DNA of 64,000 nt, from the IMG/VR virus record IMGVR_UViG_3300037067_001811, positions 28,306 through 92,305 of that record; one strand, 5' to 3'. Positions 1-8,002 of the stretch are shown here, piece by piece. Below the pieces are notes generated by a model. It was not told the DNA's origin and did not search any database. It worked only from the letters and a program-made list of their open reading frames with translations. This DNA comes from a virus (lineage: Duplodnaviria > Caudoviricetes). Positions within the stretch are counted from its first letter, which is position 1, and every line of letters begins with the position of its first letter. The position numbers and the translations under genes are program-made.

Positions 1-57
1 TCATCGGCTCAGGTTTCGGCTAACGCCCTAACTTCGGCAGTCCAAGCTATCGTCTGA
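1..57 (+). CDS. 3' end of an upstream gene (partial; ...SSAQVSANALTSAVQAIV*)
   Basis: Frame 1 open from window start to TGA at 55-57, 7 nt before next ORF; co-oriented with the rest of the region. Confidence 0.5.
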   Translation, partial: SSAQVSANALTSAVQAIV

Positions 58-64
58 GCCTAAC

Positions 65-430
65 GTGGAGAGTCAACCTAGCCTAATTCACGTTTTGGAC
101 AGGGAAGCTGACTCTTTCCGACGACTGGACAATTTCTGGAGGCCAAAAAACCTCTTCCTCCAGATCCAAACCCAAGAACTAATGAGGGACATGAACCATC
201 GATATGCAGAACTGAAGGCTGGTGAGGGAGAGCTAATGAAGCTTGAACGAGCCAGTACCTATCAGAAGCAGCTTCGGCGGTTAGAGTTCATCATCAGACG
301 TGCAAAGTTCGTTCGCCTGTCCAATCAATTAGCTTTTGGGCAGGCGGTTTCAGACTTTTACACGGTATATGGGAAGATGCTCAGATTTCTGAAGTTTGAT
401 CAGGCAAGAGGTAAGTTACAATCCGCGTAG
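65..430 (+). CDS. hypothetical protein (121 aa)
   Basis: ORF track; tight packing with neighbours; no recognisable motif. Confidence 0.65.
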   Translation: MESQPSLIHVLDREADSFRRLDNFWRPKNLFLQIQTQELMRDMNHRYAELKAGEGELMKLERASTYQKQLRRLEFIIRRAKFVRLSNQLAFGQAVSDFYTVYGKMLRFLKFDQARGKLQSA

Positions 431-450
431 TTTTGCAGGAGGACTCTTTT

Positions 451-1272
451 ATGTTCATCGCAGTCATTCGTCGGGATCTCAACAAGTCGATCTTTCTTGC
501 AGATGTTGAGCCTAAATCCATTGCAAATGCTTCAACCGAATCCCCACGAGGACAGGCTCGATATCTATCACCTCCTGACCCGGTGGCGATCCAAGCCTAT
601 CTCACAGCTCAGAGCCTTACAGGGACCGCTGCAGCATTGATTGCGGCTACAGTACCCACCTATACGGGTGGGGCGATTACTCTGAGCAACTACAACATCT
701 CCAAGACCCAGATTGAAACGGTCACTGGTGCGACTACCACCACTCAGGCAGCTGCCATTCAGAACCTTCTTGCCAAGCACTTCGTTGAGACGGATGTGGT
801 CAAGAAGAGCTTCTTGAACGGCAACATCAAGGGGTACTTGTCCCCTTACGTCGCTTCACCTCTAAGCGGATTCAATCCGGATCCCCATCGAGATCCAGCT
901 CTCACTCCAGGTCAAGCCATTGTCTGTTTAGCTGATGATGGTTCTACCCAGTTTGCAGTGCTGACTCCGATTGTCACAGGTGCTGCTACTGACACTCCCG
1001 GAGCAGGGGCTCTGAGGATTACTGGTTCTTCTGGTGGCTTGTCTGGGTACGGTCTCTATGAGACTGCCGTGATCCTTCTAGGGCAAGGGGCAAAGAAAAT
1101 TACTCAGCAGCAGATCTTGGCTGGTGGCGGGACAATCACCGACACTCAGATTGACATCCCAGCAGCAGTTGTCCTAGGGGTGGGTAATACGGCTGGTGCC
1201 ATCGCTGCAACCCTCACTCAGGTTCGAGTGGTGGTCAACGACATGGTATCTCCTGTGTTCGTCTGCACCTGA
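451..1272 (+). CDS. putative virion structural protein (Ala/Thr/Gly-rich, C-terminal Ig/IPT-like beta domain)
   Basis: GGAGG at 438-442 favours ATG 451 over TTG 433; composition and context typical of head decoration proteins. Confidence 0.65.
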   Translation: MFIAVIRRDLNKSIFLADVEPKSIANASTESPRGQARYLSPPDPVAIQAYLTAQSLTGTAAALIAATVPTYTGGAITLSNYNISKTQIETVTGATTTTQAAAIQNLLAKHFVETDVVKKSFLNGNIKGYLSPYVASPLSGFNPDPHRDPALTPGQAIVCLADDGSTQFAVLTPIVTGAATDTPGAGALRITGSSGGLSGYGLYETAVILLGQGAKKITQQQILAGGGTITDTQIDIPAAVVLGVGNTAGAIAATLTQVRVVVNDMVSPVFVCT

Positions 1273-1289
1273 GTCTAGTCGGTAAGCTT

Positions 1290-1311
1290 CGGCCCCCTAT
1301 AAAGGGGGCCG
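1290..1311 (+). terminator. GC-rich hairpin CGGCCCCCT-ATAA-AGGGGGCCG (terminator or processing stem, no U-tract)
   Basis: Perfect 9-bp inverted repeat just after the stop at 1272; near-identical stem at 32103-32128. Confidence 0.55.
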
Positions 1312-1380
1312 CCTAGATGTAAAACTGAACCCAAATCACACTGTACTTCTTGACTACACCCAGATTTAGATGAGGATTGA

Positions 1381-1635
1381 ATGACAACTAAAGGAAACCC
1401 TGGTAAGGAGTTCCGAACTCCTGATTTGTACTTCGCTGCATACCTCCAGACGGCTGGAGTGGAGATGTTGCGTCCGGACAGAGAGAACAACCGAGTGTTC
1501 TTTGTCTTCGACACCTCCATAGCGAACATAGAAGAGTTGAAGGCTGGGTGGTTCAACAATACCGCCAAGGTCCCAGCTCAACCTTACGCGAACAATATCA
1601 AAAGCCTCAAGTCAGTGTGTCATATGCAGGGGTGA
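1381..1635 (+). CDS. DUF5659-like small protein
   Basis: FRTPDLYFAAYL...RVFFVF pattern resembles DUF5659 family; GAGGA RBS upstream. Confidence 0.65.
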   Translation: MTTKGNPGKEFRTPDLYFAAYLQTAGVEMLRPDRENNRVFFVFDTSIANIEELKAGWFNNTAKVPAQPYANNIKSLKSVCHMQG

Positions 1636-1724
1636 TTACCATCCCTTCTACTTCGACAATTCATTGATTCCTTGCTCTAGGTGAGTGTGCCTAGAGCATT
1701 GAACTCTTGAGTTGGGAGTAGGTT

Positions 1725-2138
1725 ATGGCAGACGTTGATATTGCTGCAACACTAGATGGGGACTCCTCTGTAACTGCTGGTCTTATGGCTCAGTATGCTC
1801 TGCATACTGCCCTATCTGGATCTTCCCTTCTAATGGGTACTCTGACCATCCTGGATACAGATACAATCAGCTTCTCAGGTGATTCAGGTATTAGTGCTCA
1901 AGCCTCAATGAGGTATGGGTTGGCATCAGGCCTTCTAGGGGAGTCTCTAGTTGATGCTTTTCCAACCTGGGTAGGAGCTCCAAGACCCTCCCCAACAACC
2001 CCTTCTTCTAACTCAGCGGCTACCCTCCAACAATTCATTGATGCGCTGGGGAATGGTAGGTCTGCGTCGAAGACTCAGACACGTCAATCAATGGCGGTGG
2101 ATAAGAAGCCACCAACTAAGCCCTTCGTACCACGGTAA
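1725..2138 (+). CDS. putative virion protein with ~20-aa AxLxGDSS repeats
   Basis: IAATLDGDSSVTA / TALSGSSLL / SFSGDSGIS / GLLGESLV; N-terminus nearly identical to ORF 2622. Confidence 0.65.
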   Translation: MADVDIAATLDGDSSVTAGLMAQYALHTALSGSSLLMGTLTILDTDTISFSGDSGISAQASMRYGLASGLLGESLVDAFPTWVGAPRPSPTTPSSNSAATLQQFIDALGNGRSASKTQTRQSMAVDKKPPTKPFVPR

Positions 2139-2159
2139 TTGAAAAGGAGACACTAAGTC

Positions 2160-2573
2160 ATGGCCGCAAAGACTACATTCCTGGCTGCTAGGGTTCTGGA
2201 CAATACCCTCAAGAACGGTGCTGAGTTCTCATACACGTTCCCAGCCACTGTTTACGCCGCTCTCTTCACCTCGGATCCGACAGTAGCCGGACTCTTCACG
2301 GGTGAGGTTACGACTGTTGCCACTTTGTACGCCCGTCAACCCATTACCTGGGGTACTATCGGAGCCGGGAACTCGGTAGCAAACTCGGCAGCAATCACAT
2401 ATGCCACAGCCGGAGCTTCCTACGGCTCACCTATTGGCTGGGTTGGTATCTGTGACACGGTTGCTACGGCATCCGGTATGCTCTACCAAGGGCCTCTGAG
2501 TACCCCTAAGACTGTTGGGGTGGGTGATCAGGTCTCGTTCGCAATTGGAGCCTTGGTCGTCACTGAGTCCTGA
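2160..2573 (+). CDS. small fibre/structural protein (YAALFTSDP...YARQPITW type)
   Basis: Motifs YxALFTxDP, YARQxITW, K-T-V-x-x-GDQVSF typical of a widespread phage fibre-associated family; AGGAG RBS. Confidence 0.7.
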   Translation: MAAKTTFLAARVLDNTLKNGAEFSYTFPATVYAALFTSDPTVAGLFTGEVTTVATLYARQPITWGTIGAGNSVANSAAITYATAGASYGSPIGWVGICDTVATASGMLYQGPLSTPKTVGVGDQVSFAIGALVVTES

Positions 2574-2621
2574 TCTCTAGTTACCAGCTAATACTAGTAA
2601 CTCTAGTAGGGATCAGATAAC

Positions 2622-3278
2622 GTGGCCGATATTGATGTTGATGCAGTTCTGTCCGGTGACTCTTCGGTTACAGCCGAGGTAGGGGTCAGCTACGCCATTG
2701 CTGCCTCTCTTCCTGCTGATTCAACTTTGGTAGGAGGCTTGTCTGCCTCCTACCAAGTATCGGCTAGCCTGGTAGCAAACTCAAACCTCTCAGGTAACCT
2801 ACTCTACAATGTAGCAGCTAGGTTGAACGGCAGCTCTTCTATCGCTGCTGCGGCAACTCTTGAGGTAGGGGGCTATGCAGCACCGATTCGGTATCAACCT
2901 CCTTCTCGGATTGTTACCTCGGGTCGATTGATCTTAGAAAACGTAGACTTGTTCATAGGGGACGGGAAGACAAGAGTCACAGAGGTCCCAGTAGCTGATT
3001 TGCAGCTCAAGATCTTCTGTAATAATGACCTAGTTTCTTGGCCTCTTGTGTCTGGAGCTGGGATCCCGGATGTTCGGGTTACTGCCGGTAAGGTCTATTG
3101 GACCGAAGGTGCTGATGGTTTCTACAGCATCCGATTCTACCCAAGTGTTATTGGTATGTGGAGGGTACTCCTCACCTACCAGGCCTATGATCAGGCAATC
3201 TCTCTGACCTACGACGTGGTCCCTAAGGTTTCAATGAACCCTTCTACTGGGATCAGGACCTCCTTCATTCGAAAGTGA
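2622..3278 (+). CDS. putative virion protein: GDSS repeats plus C-terminal domain paralogous to ORF 3951
   Basis: Repeats in first 80 aa; DG.TRV...W.L.SGAG...G.VY...P..IG.WR.LL.Y shared with 3951..4364. Confidence 0.7.
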   Translation: MADIDVDAVLSGDSSVTAEVGVSYAIAASLPADSTLVGGLSASYQVSASLVANSNLSGNLLYNVAARLNGSSSIAAAATLEVGGYAAPIRYQPPSRIVTSGRLILENVDLFIGDGKTRVTEVPVADLQLKIFCNNDLVSWPLVSGAGIPDVRVTAGKVYWTEGADGFYSIRFYPSVIGMWRVLLTYQAYDQAISLTYDVVPKVSMNPSTGIRTSFIRK

Positions 3279-3282
3279 TCCC

Positions 3283-3924
3283 ATGTCCTCTCTACTTCGT
3301 GAATTTGAAGATGCCTTGATTGTTCGCAACGTGGTTGCAAGGGTGACTACCTCAATGGAGCACTCCTCACCTGAAGAGATGAAGGAGTATCTCCATGACC
3401 ACCCTAATGCAGACCCCAAGGACCATCGAGTAGAAAAGGGTAAGAGTAAGGGAAAGAGTGCTCCTGATGGGAAGCCTCCAATCAAGACCTTGGTTCAGAA
3501 CACCAAGCGCCTTTCAGATAGTGTGACCAAGGATAGTGCCCAGCTTGCTAAGCTGCAAAAGTCTTTTGATTCTGCAGCAAGTGATAGGAACGGCAACGAA
3601 CGGTCCAAGGCAATTGCTGGTAAAATCAATAACGCATATGATAGTGCTATCTCCAGTTCAGAGACAGCCTTCATCCATGCTCAGAGTGCTATCAACCTTG
3701 CTCGGAAGAGTGGGGCTAGTGAAGATGAGATCAGTCGAGTTGAGTCTCAACTCGAGGACGCGAAGAAGGCTATCAAGGAAGCCAAAGAGGACGGCAAGGA
3801 CAAGCCCATCGAGGGTAAGTTTGCTGAGAAGCTCATGGTTGGTTACAAGGTAGAGAGCATTGCTGAGGTTGATCAACAAGTTGGGGCTCTCCATCAGGCT
3901 ATCCAACTTCTGTCAAATGGTTAA
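3283..3924 (+). CDS. hypothetical, charged helical protein (possible internal head protein)
   Basis: ORF track; Lys/Glu/Ala-rich coiled coil; N-terminal VRNVVARV leader. Confidence 0.65.
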   Translation: MSSLLREFEDALIVRNVVARVTTSMEHSSPEEMKEYLHDHPNADPKDHRVEKGKSKGKSAPDGKPPIKTLVQNTKRLSDSVTKDSAQLAKLQKSFDSAASDRNGNERSKAIAGKINNAYDSAISSSETAFIHAQSAINLARKSGASEDEISRVESQLEDAKKAIKEAKEDGKDKPIEGKFAEKLMVGYKVESIAEVDQQVGALHQAIQLLSNG

Positions 3925-3950
3925 CGCCAGTAGGCGGGAGAGGATGATGG

Positions 3951-4364
3951 ATGCCCACGACTCGAGGCCGGCTTGTATTCAATAATCTGGTCGTGTACGA
4001 CCAAGCCGACTTCTTTGGGTTGGACGGTTACTCACGTGTTCCTGGGTTGACTCCCTCTCAACTTGTCTTGCAGGTGTACCATGACAACACCTTGCAGACG
4101 TGGACTCTGATCTCAGGGGCAGGGGTGAGTGAGGGGCAGGTTGCTTCAGGTCACGTGTACTTTGACACGCTTACCGGGGGAGCCTATGGGGTCAGGTGGA
4201 GACCTAATGCTATTGGGTATTGGAGGATCCTCCTTATTTACTCAGTAGGGGCTCAGATCCTAGCTCAAGACTACGACGTTGGATCGGGTACTGGAGTGGT
4301 GCCCCCTGGTGGCGGCCTGAAGGTTTCATTTGTAGGTGCGGGAGGTAAGACCAGTGATTGCTAA
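3951..4364 (+). CDS. putative virion protein, paralogue of C-terminal domain of ORF 2622
   Basis: Direct alignment by eye; GAGGA RBS. Confidence 0.7.
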   Translation: MPTTRGRLVFNNLVVYDQADFFGLDGYSRVPGLTPSQLVLQVYHDNTLQTWTLISGAGVSEGQVASGHVYFDTLTGGAYGVRWRPNAIGYWRILLIYSVGAQILAQDYDVGSGTGVVPPGGGLKVSFVGAGGKTSDC

Positions 4365-4824
4365 GTCTTCAAGTCCAGGCGTCTTCAAATGGGGGCACAC
4401 GTTCCAGCGTGGGGATCTTCCAATCTACGTTGCAGATTCCGTTGGGAGCCCTTTCAGCCCCTACGCTATCAGGTACACTCTGTTATTCCAGAGTAAGTGC
4501 TCAACTTGCATCACCAAGGTATGGCCTTGCGGACGGATGCCAGTCCAGGCTGACATTGGGGAGTACTATGGGACAGGTTGCGCCGGTGAAGGGGGGCAAC
4601 CTGGTCAGTGGTTTATCGAGTGGACTCTTCAGGAGTACTTCGATGGGCCTCTCATGACAGATAGATTTGGGTTTGAGGTCTTCAATACGGCAGATTTCTG
4701 CCCTCAACCTCATCAGTACTCAGGGGCTCCAGTTCCACCTCCGGTATGGGGGGAGGGTTGTAACTCTGGGCATGCGAACCAGAAGCATAGTAATTGTCGT
4801 TGTGGTGGTAGGAGATGGTGGTAA
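4354..4824 (+). CDS. putative virion protein, paralogue of N-terminal Ig-like domain of ORF 4828; Cys-rich tail
   Basis: GGAGGT at 4341-4346 favours GTG 4354; F..G....R.DL......G.P.....I...L and PV.A..GEY...W...E...GP shared with 4828. Confidence 0.65.
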   Translation: MIAKSSSPGVFKWGHTFQRGDLPIYVADSVGSPFSPYAIRYTLLFQSKCSTCITKVWPCGRMPVQADIGEYYGTGCAGEGGQPGQWFIEWTLQEYFDGPLMTDRFGFEVFNTADFCPQPHQYSGAPVPPPVWGEGCNSGHANQKHSNCRCGGRRWW

Positions 4825-4827
4825 CCC

Positions 4828-5718
4828 ATGGGAACTCTATTCTTTCGTGGGCAGCAACTTGGCAGGAATGACTTGAATGTCTTCCTGACTAATGCATCGG
4901 GTCACCCAATCAACGCGGCAGAGATCTCCTTTGCCCTCTACGACAATACTACTGGACTCGAAGTTCTAGTCGGACCTCAGCGTAGGATTCCGGTTAATGC
5001 TTCGGTGGGTGAGTACTTCGCCAACATCATTGTCCCCCTGGATGCTAATATTGGGGAGTACAGGGCTCGTTGGACCATCCGAGAGATGCTAGGGGGGCCT
5101 ATCCAAACAGCCCTCCAAGAGTTCAATGTGCAGGACAGAGAGGTATCCATGCCTAGCTGTCATACTGCTATCCAGCTGGAGCTCGCCCGAAGGATGAGGA
5201 TCCTTCTTCGGGACAACAACCCAGACAAGAACTACAAGTTCCGGCCACCGGCGCATGAGGGTACCGTAGACCAGTTCAGTCGAGTGTTCGGTTACATCTG
5301 GGAAGATGAGGAGCTCATCGAGTGCTTGGATGAGGCTCTCGATATGATCATTGCGGCTCCACCTCGAACGTACTTCCAGGACATTGACCAAATGGTCATG
5401 TACAAGAGTGAGTGGAAAACCCTACTCATCACTGGAGCTATGCAGTGGGCACTGCAAATGCTTCAGATTAACTGGGTCGCAGATGAGTTCGATTACTCAA
5501 TCGGCGGGGTAAGCCTTAATCTTGAGAAGTCCAGCAAGTATGAATCTCTCAAGTCTAGCCTTGGTGAGCAATTCACTGCCCAGCTGGAACGAGCCAAGTC
5601 TACTGTCAAGGTAATCAGAGGGTTGCAGCAACCTAAGTACGGGGCAGGTATCCGCAGCAGCTTTGGACCCTACAGTGGTAGAGGGGTCTTAGCACCCTCA
5701 AAGTTTTTATCCATGTAG
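4828..5718 (+). CDS. putative head-tail adaptor / neck protein
   Basis: LRD...W.DEEL...L..A...I...PP.T and YSIGGVSL..EKSSKY pattern typical of head-completion (adaptor) proteins; position upstream of tail genes. Confidence 0.65.
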   Translation: MGTLFFRGQQLGRNDLNVFLTNASGHPINAAEISFALYDNTTGLEVLVGPQRRIPVNASVGEYFANIIVPLDANIGEYRARWTIREMLGGPIQTALQEFNVQDREVSMPSCHTAIQLELARRMRILLRDNNPDKNYKFRPPAHEGTVDQFSRVFGYIWEDEELIECLDEALDMIIAAPPRTYFQDIDQMVMYKSEWKTLLITGAMQWALQMLQINWVADEFDYSIGGVSLNLEKSSKYESLKSSLGEQFTAQLERAKSTVKVIRGLQQPKYGAGIRSSFGPYSGRGVLAPSKFLSM

Positions 5719-5731
5719 TTTTTTGTAACTG

Positions 5732-5764
5732 CTTGACTTTACTACACTTGGTAGTAAAGTCAAG
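5732..5764 (+). promoter_or_regulatory. perfect 14-bp hairpin overlapping a TTGACT promoter-like element immediately before the endonuclease start
   Basis: CTTGACTTTACTAC-acttg-GTAGTAAAGTCAAG; ATG at 5768. Confidence 0.7.
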
Positions 5765-5767
5765 TTC

Positions 5768-7285
5768 ATGGCCACTACTTGTCCGCATTGCGGTACCCAC
5801 TTTCCCAAATCTGATTCTATCAATTCTCGGCACAAGGCTACTTGTGCCGGCTGGGTTGCTGAGGGGGTTTCAAGTAAGCCACTTCCTTGCCTCTGCGGGC
5901 ATGAATCGACCTCCCTGACTCAGATGAAGAGGCACAGATCTCAGTGCTCTACTTGGAAGAATCGAGACCGTGGTGAGATTCAGATGGCCAGGTTGGCTGA
6001 TACCCTTCAGAAGAATCATGGGCCTGGGTTTACTCACCCGATGGACGTTCCAGGAGTAGAGGCTAAGCGAACAGCCACCTTGTTGGATAGATATGGAGCT
6101 GAGAATGTTTTCTGTCGTGGATCCTCAATCTTTGAAAAGGTTCAAGCCTCTATTGACGGGAAGAGACCAATCCTTAGGGGGTCGGACAATCCATTTGCGT
6201 GGACTGAGGTTCAAGAGAAGATCCGTAGGGTAAATCTTGAACGTTATGGATCTGAGAACCCTCAGCAGGTACCAGAGATTCGAGAGAGAACTCGGACTAC
6301 AAATCTCAGTAGGTACGGGGGGGAGCTTTTAGCTTCGCCTACTATTCGAGAGAAGAGTAAGTCAACTAACTTAGTTCGCTATGGATCTGAGAACCCTGCT
6401 TGCTCTCCCGAGGTAACTGAGAGGGCTCGTCAAACCAACCTAGTTCGTTGGGGTGTTGAGTGGACGAGTCAGCATCCGGATGTTCAGGCTCGTCAGGCGA
6501 AGACTCATCTGGAGACATATGGGAGCTACTACTTCGCTTCTGAAGAGGGGCGTGCAGCTATCAGAGAGACACTCCTTCAGAAATATGGGGTGGATCACCC
6601 TGCTAAGATTGAGGGTTTCTGGGTTAGGGTCGTAGAGACTTTCTACCGTAGATATGGGGTTAGTCATCCTTTTCTACTGGAAGAGTTCCTTGAGAAGAGG
6701 CGAGTTACTTGCCAGGCTCGGTATGGGGTTGACAATCCACTTCAAAGTCCTGAGGTTTATTCTAAGCTTGTTGCTACAGTTCAGCGTCAATATGGGGTTG
6801 ACTGTGTTTTTCAAGCTGAAGAAGTAAAGGAGAAGGGTCGTCAGACCAATATTGCCAACTACGGCTTCCCACATCCGATGATGAATCAAGAGTATGCTCG
6901 GGCACAACTAGAGAAGATCCGTAGGCCAGGGCCAAACCTACCTGAACGAATTCTGCAGTCTCTTGCTCCTGAGCTTTTGTACACAGGTGCTGGTGACTTC
7001 TGGAGGTGGCTTCCGCTCCTTGGTCACCACAAGAACCCGGACTTCATTCTTCCAGGGCCAGATCCTGAGCACCCCAAGAAGGATGTCACCAAAGTGGTTG
7101 AGTTGTTTGGTGATTTTTGGCACTCACGTATGTTTACGGGCAAAGCCAACTTCGAGCACGAGTCTGAGCTAGTAGCAGCCTTTGCTGAGGTAGGGATTGA
7201 GTGTTTAGTCGTTTGGGAGTCAGAGGTGAAGAAGTCTCCCTTGGAGACTCAGATGAGGGTTCATCAGTTTCTTCATTCGACCTAA
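5768..7285 (+). CDS. free-standing homing endonuclease-like protein (Zn ribbons, (R/K)YG repeats, C-terminal Vsr/DUF559-like PD-(D/E)XK nuclease)
   Basis: CPHC, CLC-H motifs; about ten RYGxxNP/HP repeats; NPDF...VVELFGDFWH...LVVWESE. Confidence 0.8.
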   Translation: MATTCPHCGTHFPKSDSINSRHKATCAGWVAEGVSSKPLPCLCGHESTSLTQMKRHRSQCSTWKNRDRGEIQMARLADTLQKNHGPGFTHPMDVPGVEAKRTATLLDRYGAENVFCRGSSIFEKVQASIDGKRPILRGSDNPFAWTEVQEKIRRVNLERYGSENPQQVPEIRERTRTTNLSRYGGELLASPTIREKSKSTNLVRYGSENPACSPEVTERARQTNLVRWGVEWTSQHPDVQARQAKTHLETYGSYYFASEEGRAAIRETLLQKYGVDHPAKIEGFWVRVVETFYRRYGVSHPFLLEEFLEKRRVTCQARYGVDNPLQSPEVYSKLVATVQRQYGVDCVFQAEEVKEKGRQTNIANYGFPHPMMNQEYARAQLEKIRRPGPNLPERILQSLAPELLYTGAGDFWRWLPLLGHHKNPDFILPGPDPEHPKKDVTKVVELFGDFWHSRMFTGKANFEHESELVAAFAEVGIECLVVWESEVKKSPLETQMRVHQFLHST

Positions 7286-7521
7286 GCTACTTTGGTGTAA
7301 CCCCATGGGTGTTTGGAGTACCCTTCGAGTGCAATGAGGTTCTGTCCCAAGACGACATGGGCAAGTGCCTTACTGCGATCACCGAGGGGTCAGATACCTT
7401 CAGTAGGAGGGGGGCAAAGGTCATCAAGGCCAGTTTTTCCAATGGGATGCTCCACCTCATACCTGACAGTGGTCCGTCCCTCTCTTATGTAATTCGACGG
7501 GGCTGCTCAGGTTGCCCTGAT

Positions 7522-7533
7522 TGATCCTTTTAT
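7522..7533 (+). promoter_or_regulatory. putative phage promoter motif TGATCCTTTTAT
   Basis: Recurs as TGATCCCTTTAT (7966), TGATCTGTTTAT (30392) and variants upstream of other genes. Confidence 0.45.
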
Positions 7534-7580
7534 CGCCAGGGCCTAGTGCAAGTAGTTCAGCTTTCGTGGAGACATTCCAA

Positions 7581-7958
7581 ATGACTGACCAGAACGAATC
7601 AAATCAGCCCCAATTGACCCTATCCGATCCGATTGACCCCGATACCATCAAGAGGTTCCAGCAGTTGCAATCCTCAAGGTTGCAGATTGCGGATCATCTT
7701 CTCGGGATGGAGCAGGAAAAGGTCCGGCTTCTTCGAGCGGCTCAGAACGTTGAAGCAGAGCGTCAGAGGCTCTTTGAAGGTGTCCTTCTAGCTCGAGGGC
7801 TCCCTCCGAACTTCCCTGTGGAGATTGACGCCCTGACGGGAGTCATTAAGCCAATTGAGGAGGCAATGGAAGCCTTCAATCGACAGGCCTCTGCTCAGGC
7901 AATGGCTGTAACACAGGCTAACCAAGCCGAAGTTGCACCTGAGACTCCCGTCAACTGA
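7581..7958 (+). CDS. hypothetical coiled-coil protein
   Basis: GGAG at 7568-7571 favours ATG 7581 over TTG 7521. Confidence 0.7.
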   Translation: MTDQNESNQPQLTLSDPIDPDTIKRFQQLQSSRLQIADHLLGMEQEKVRLLRAAQNVEAERQRLFEGVLLARGLPPNFPVEIDALTGVIKPIEEAMEAFNRQASAQAMAVTQANQAEVAPETPVN

Positions 7959-7965
7959 AGGGGGT

Positions 7966-7977
7966 TGATCCCTTTAT
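7966..7977 (+). promoter_or_regulatory. putative phage promoter motif TGATCCCTTTAT
   Basis: 11/12 identical to motif at 7522, intergenic, 25 nt before ATG 8003. Confidence 0.45.
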
Positions 7978-8002
7978 TGGCAGCCTCTTATGAGGACTTG
8001 CC

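Noticed and set aside
2570-2616. Imperfect hairpin CTGATCTCTA.../...TAGGGATCAG between ORFs 2160 and 2622
   Set aside because: Several mismatches and no U-tract; could mask the RBS but evidence too weak to call
7287-7460. Minus-strand ~57-aa ORF (MRWSIPLEKLALM...) in the gap after the endonuclease
   Set aside because: No well-spaced RBS, no motif, opposite to all other genes; cannot be supported
5719-7520. Group I intron housing the endonuclease
   Set aside because: Flanking genes look complete and no P/Q/R/S core elements were recognised; treated as free-standing
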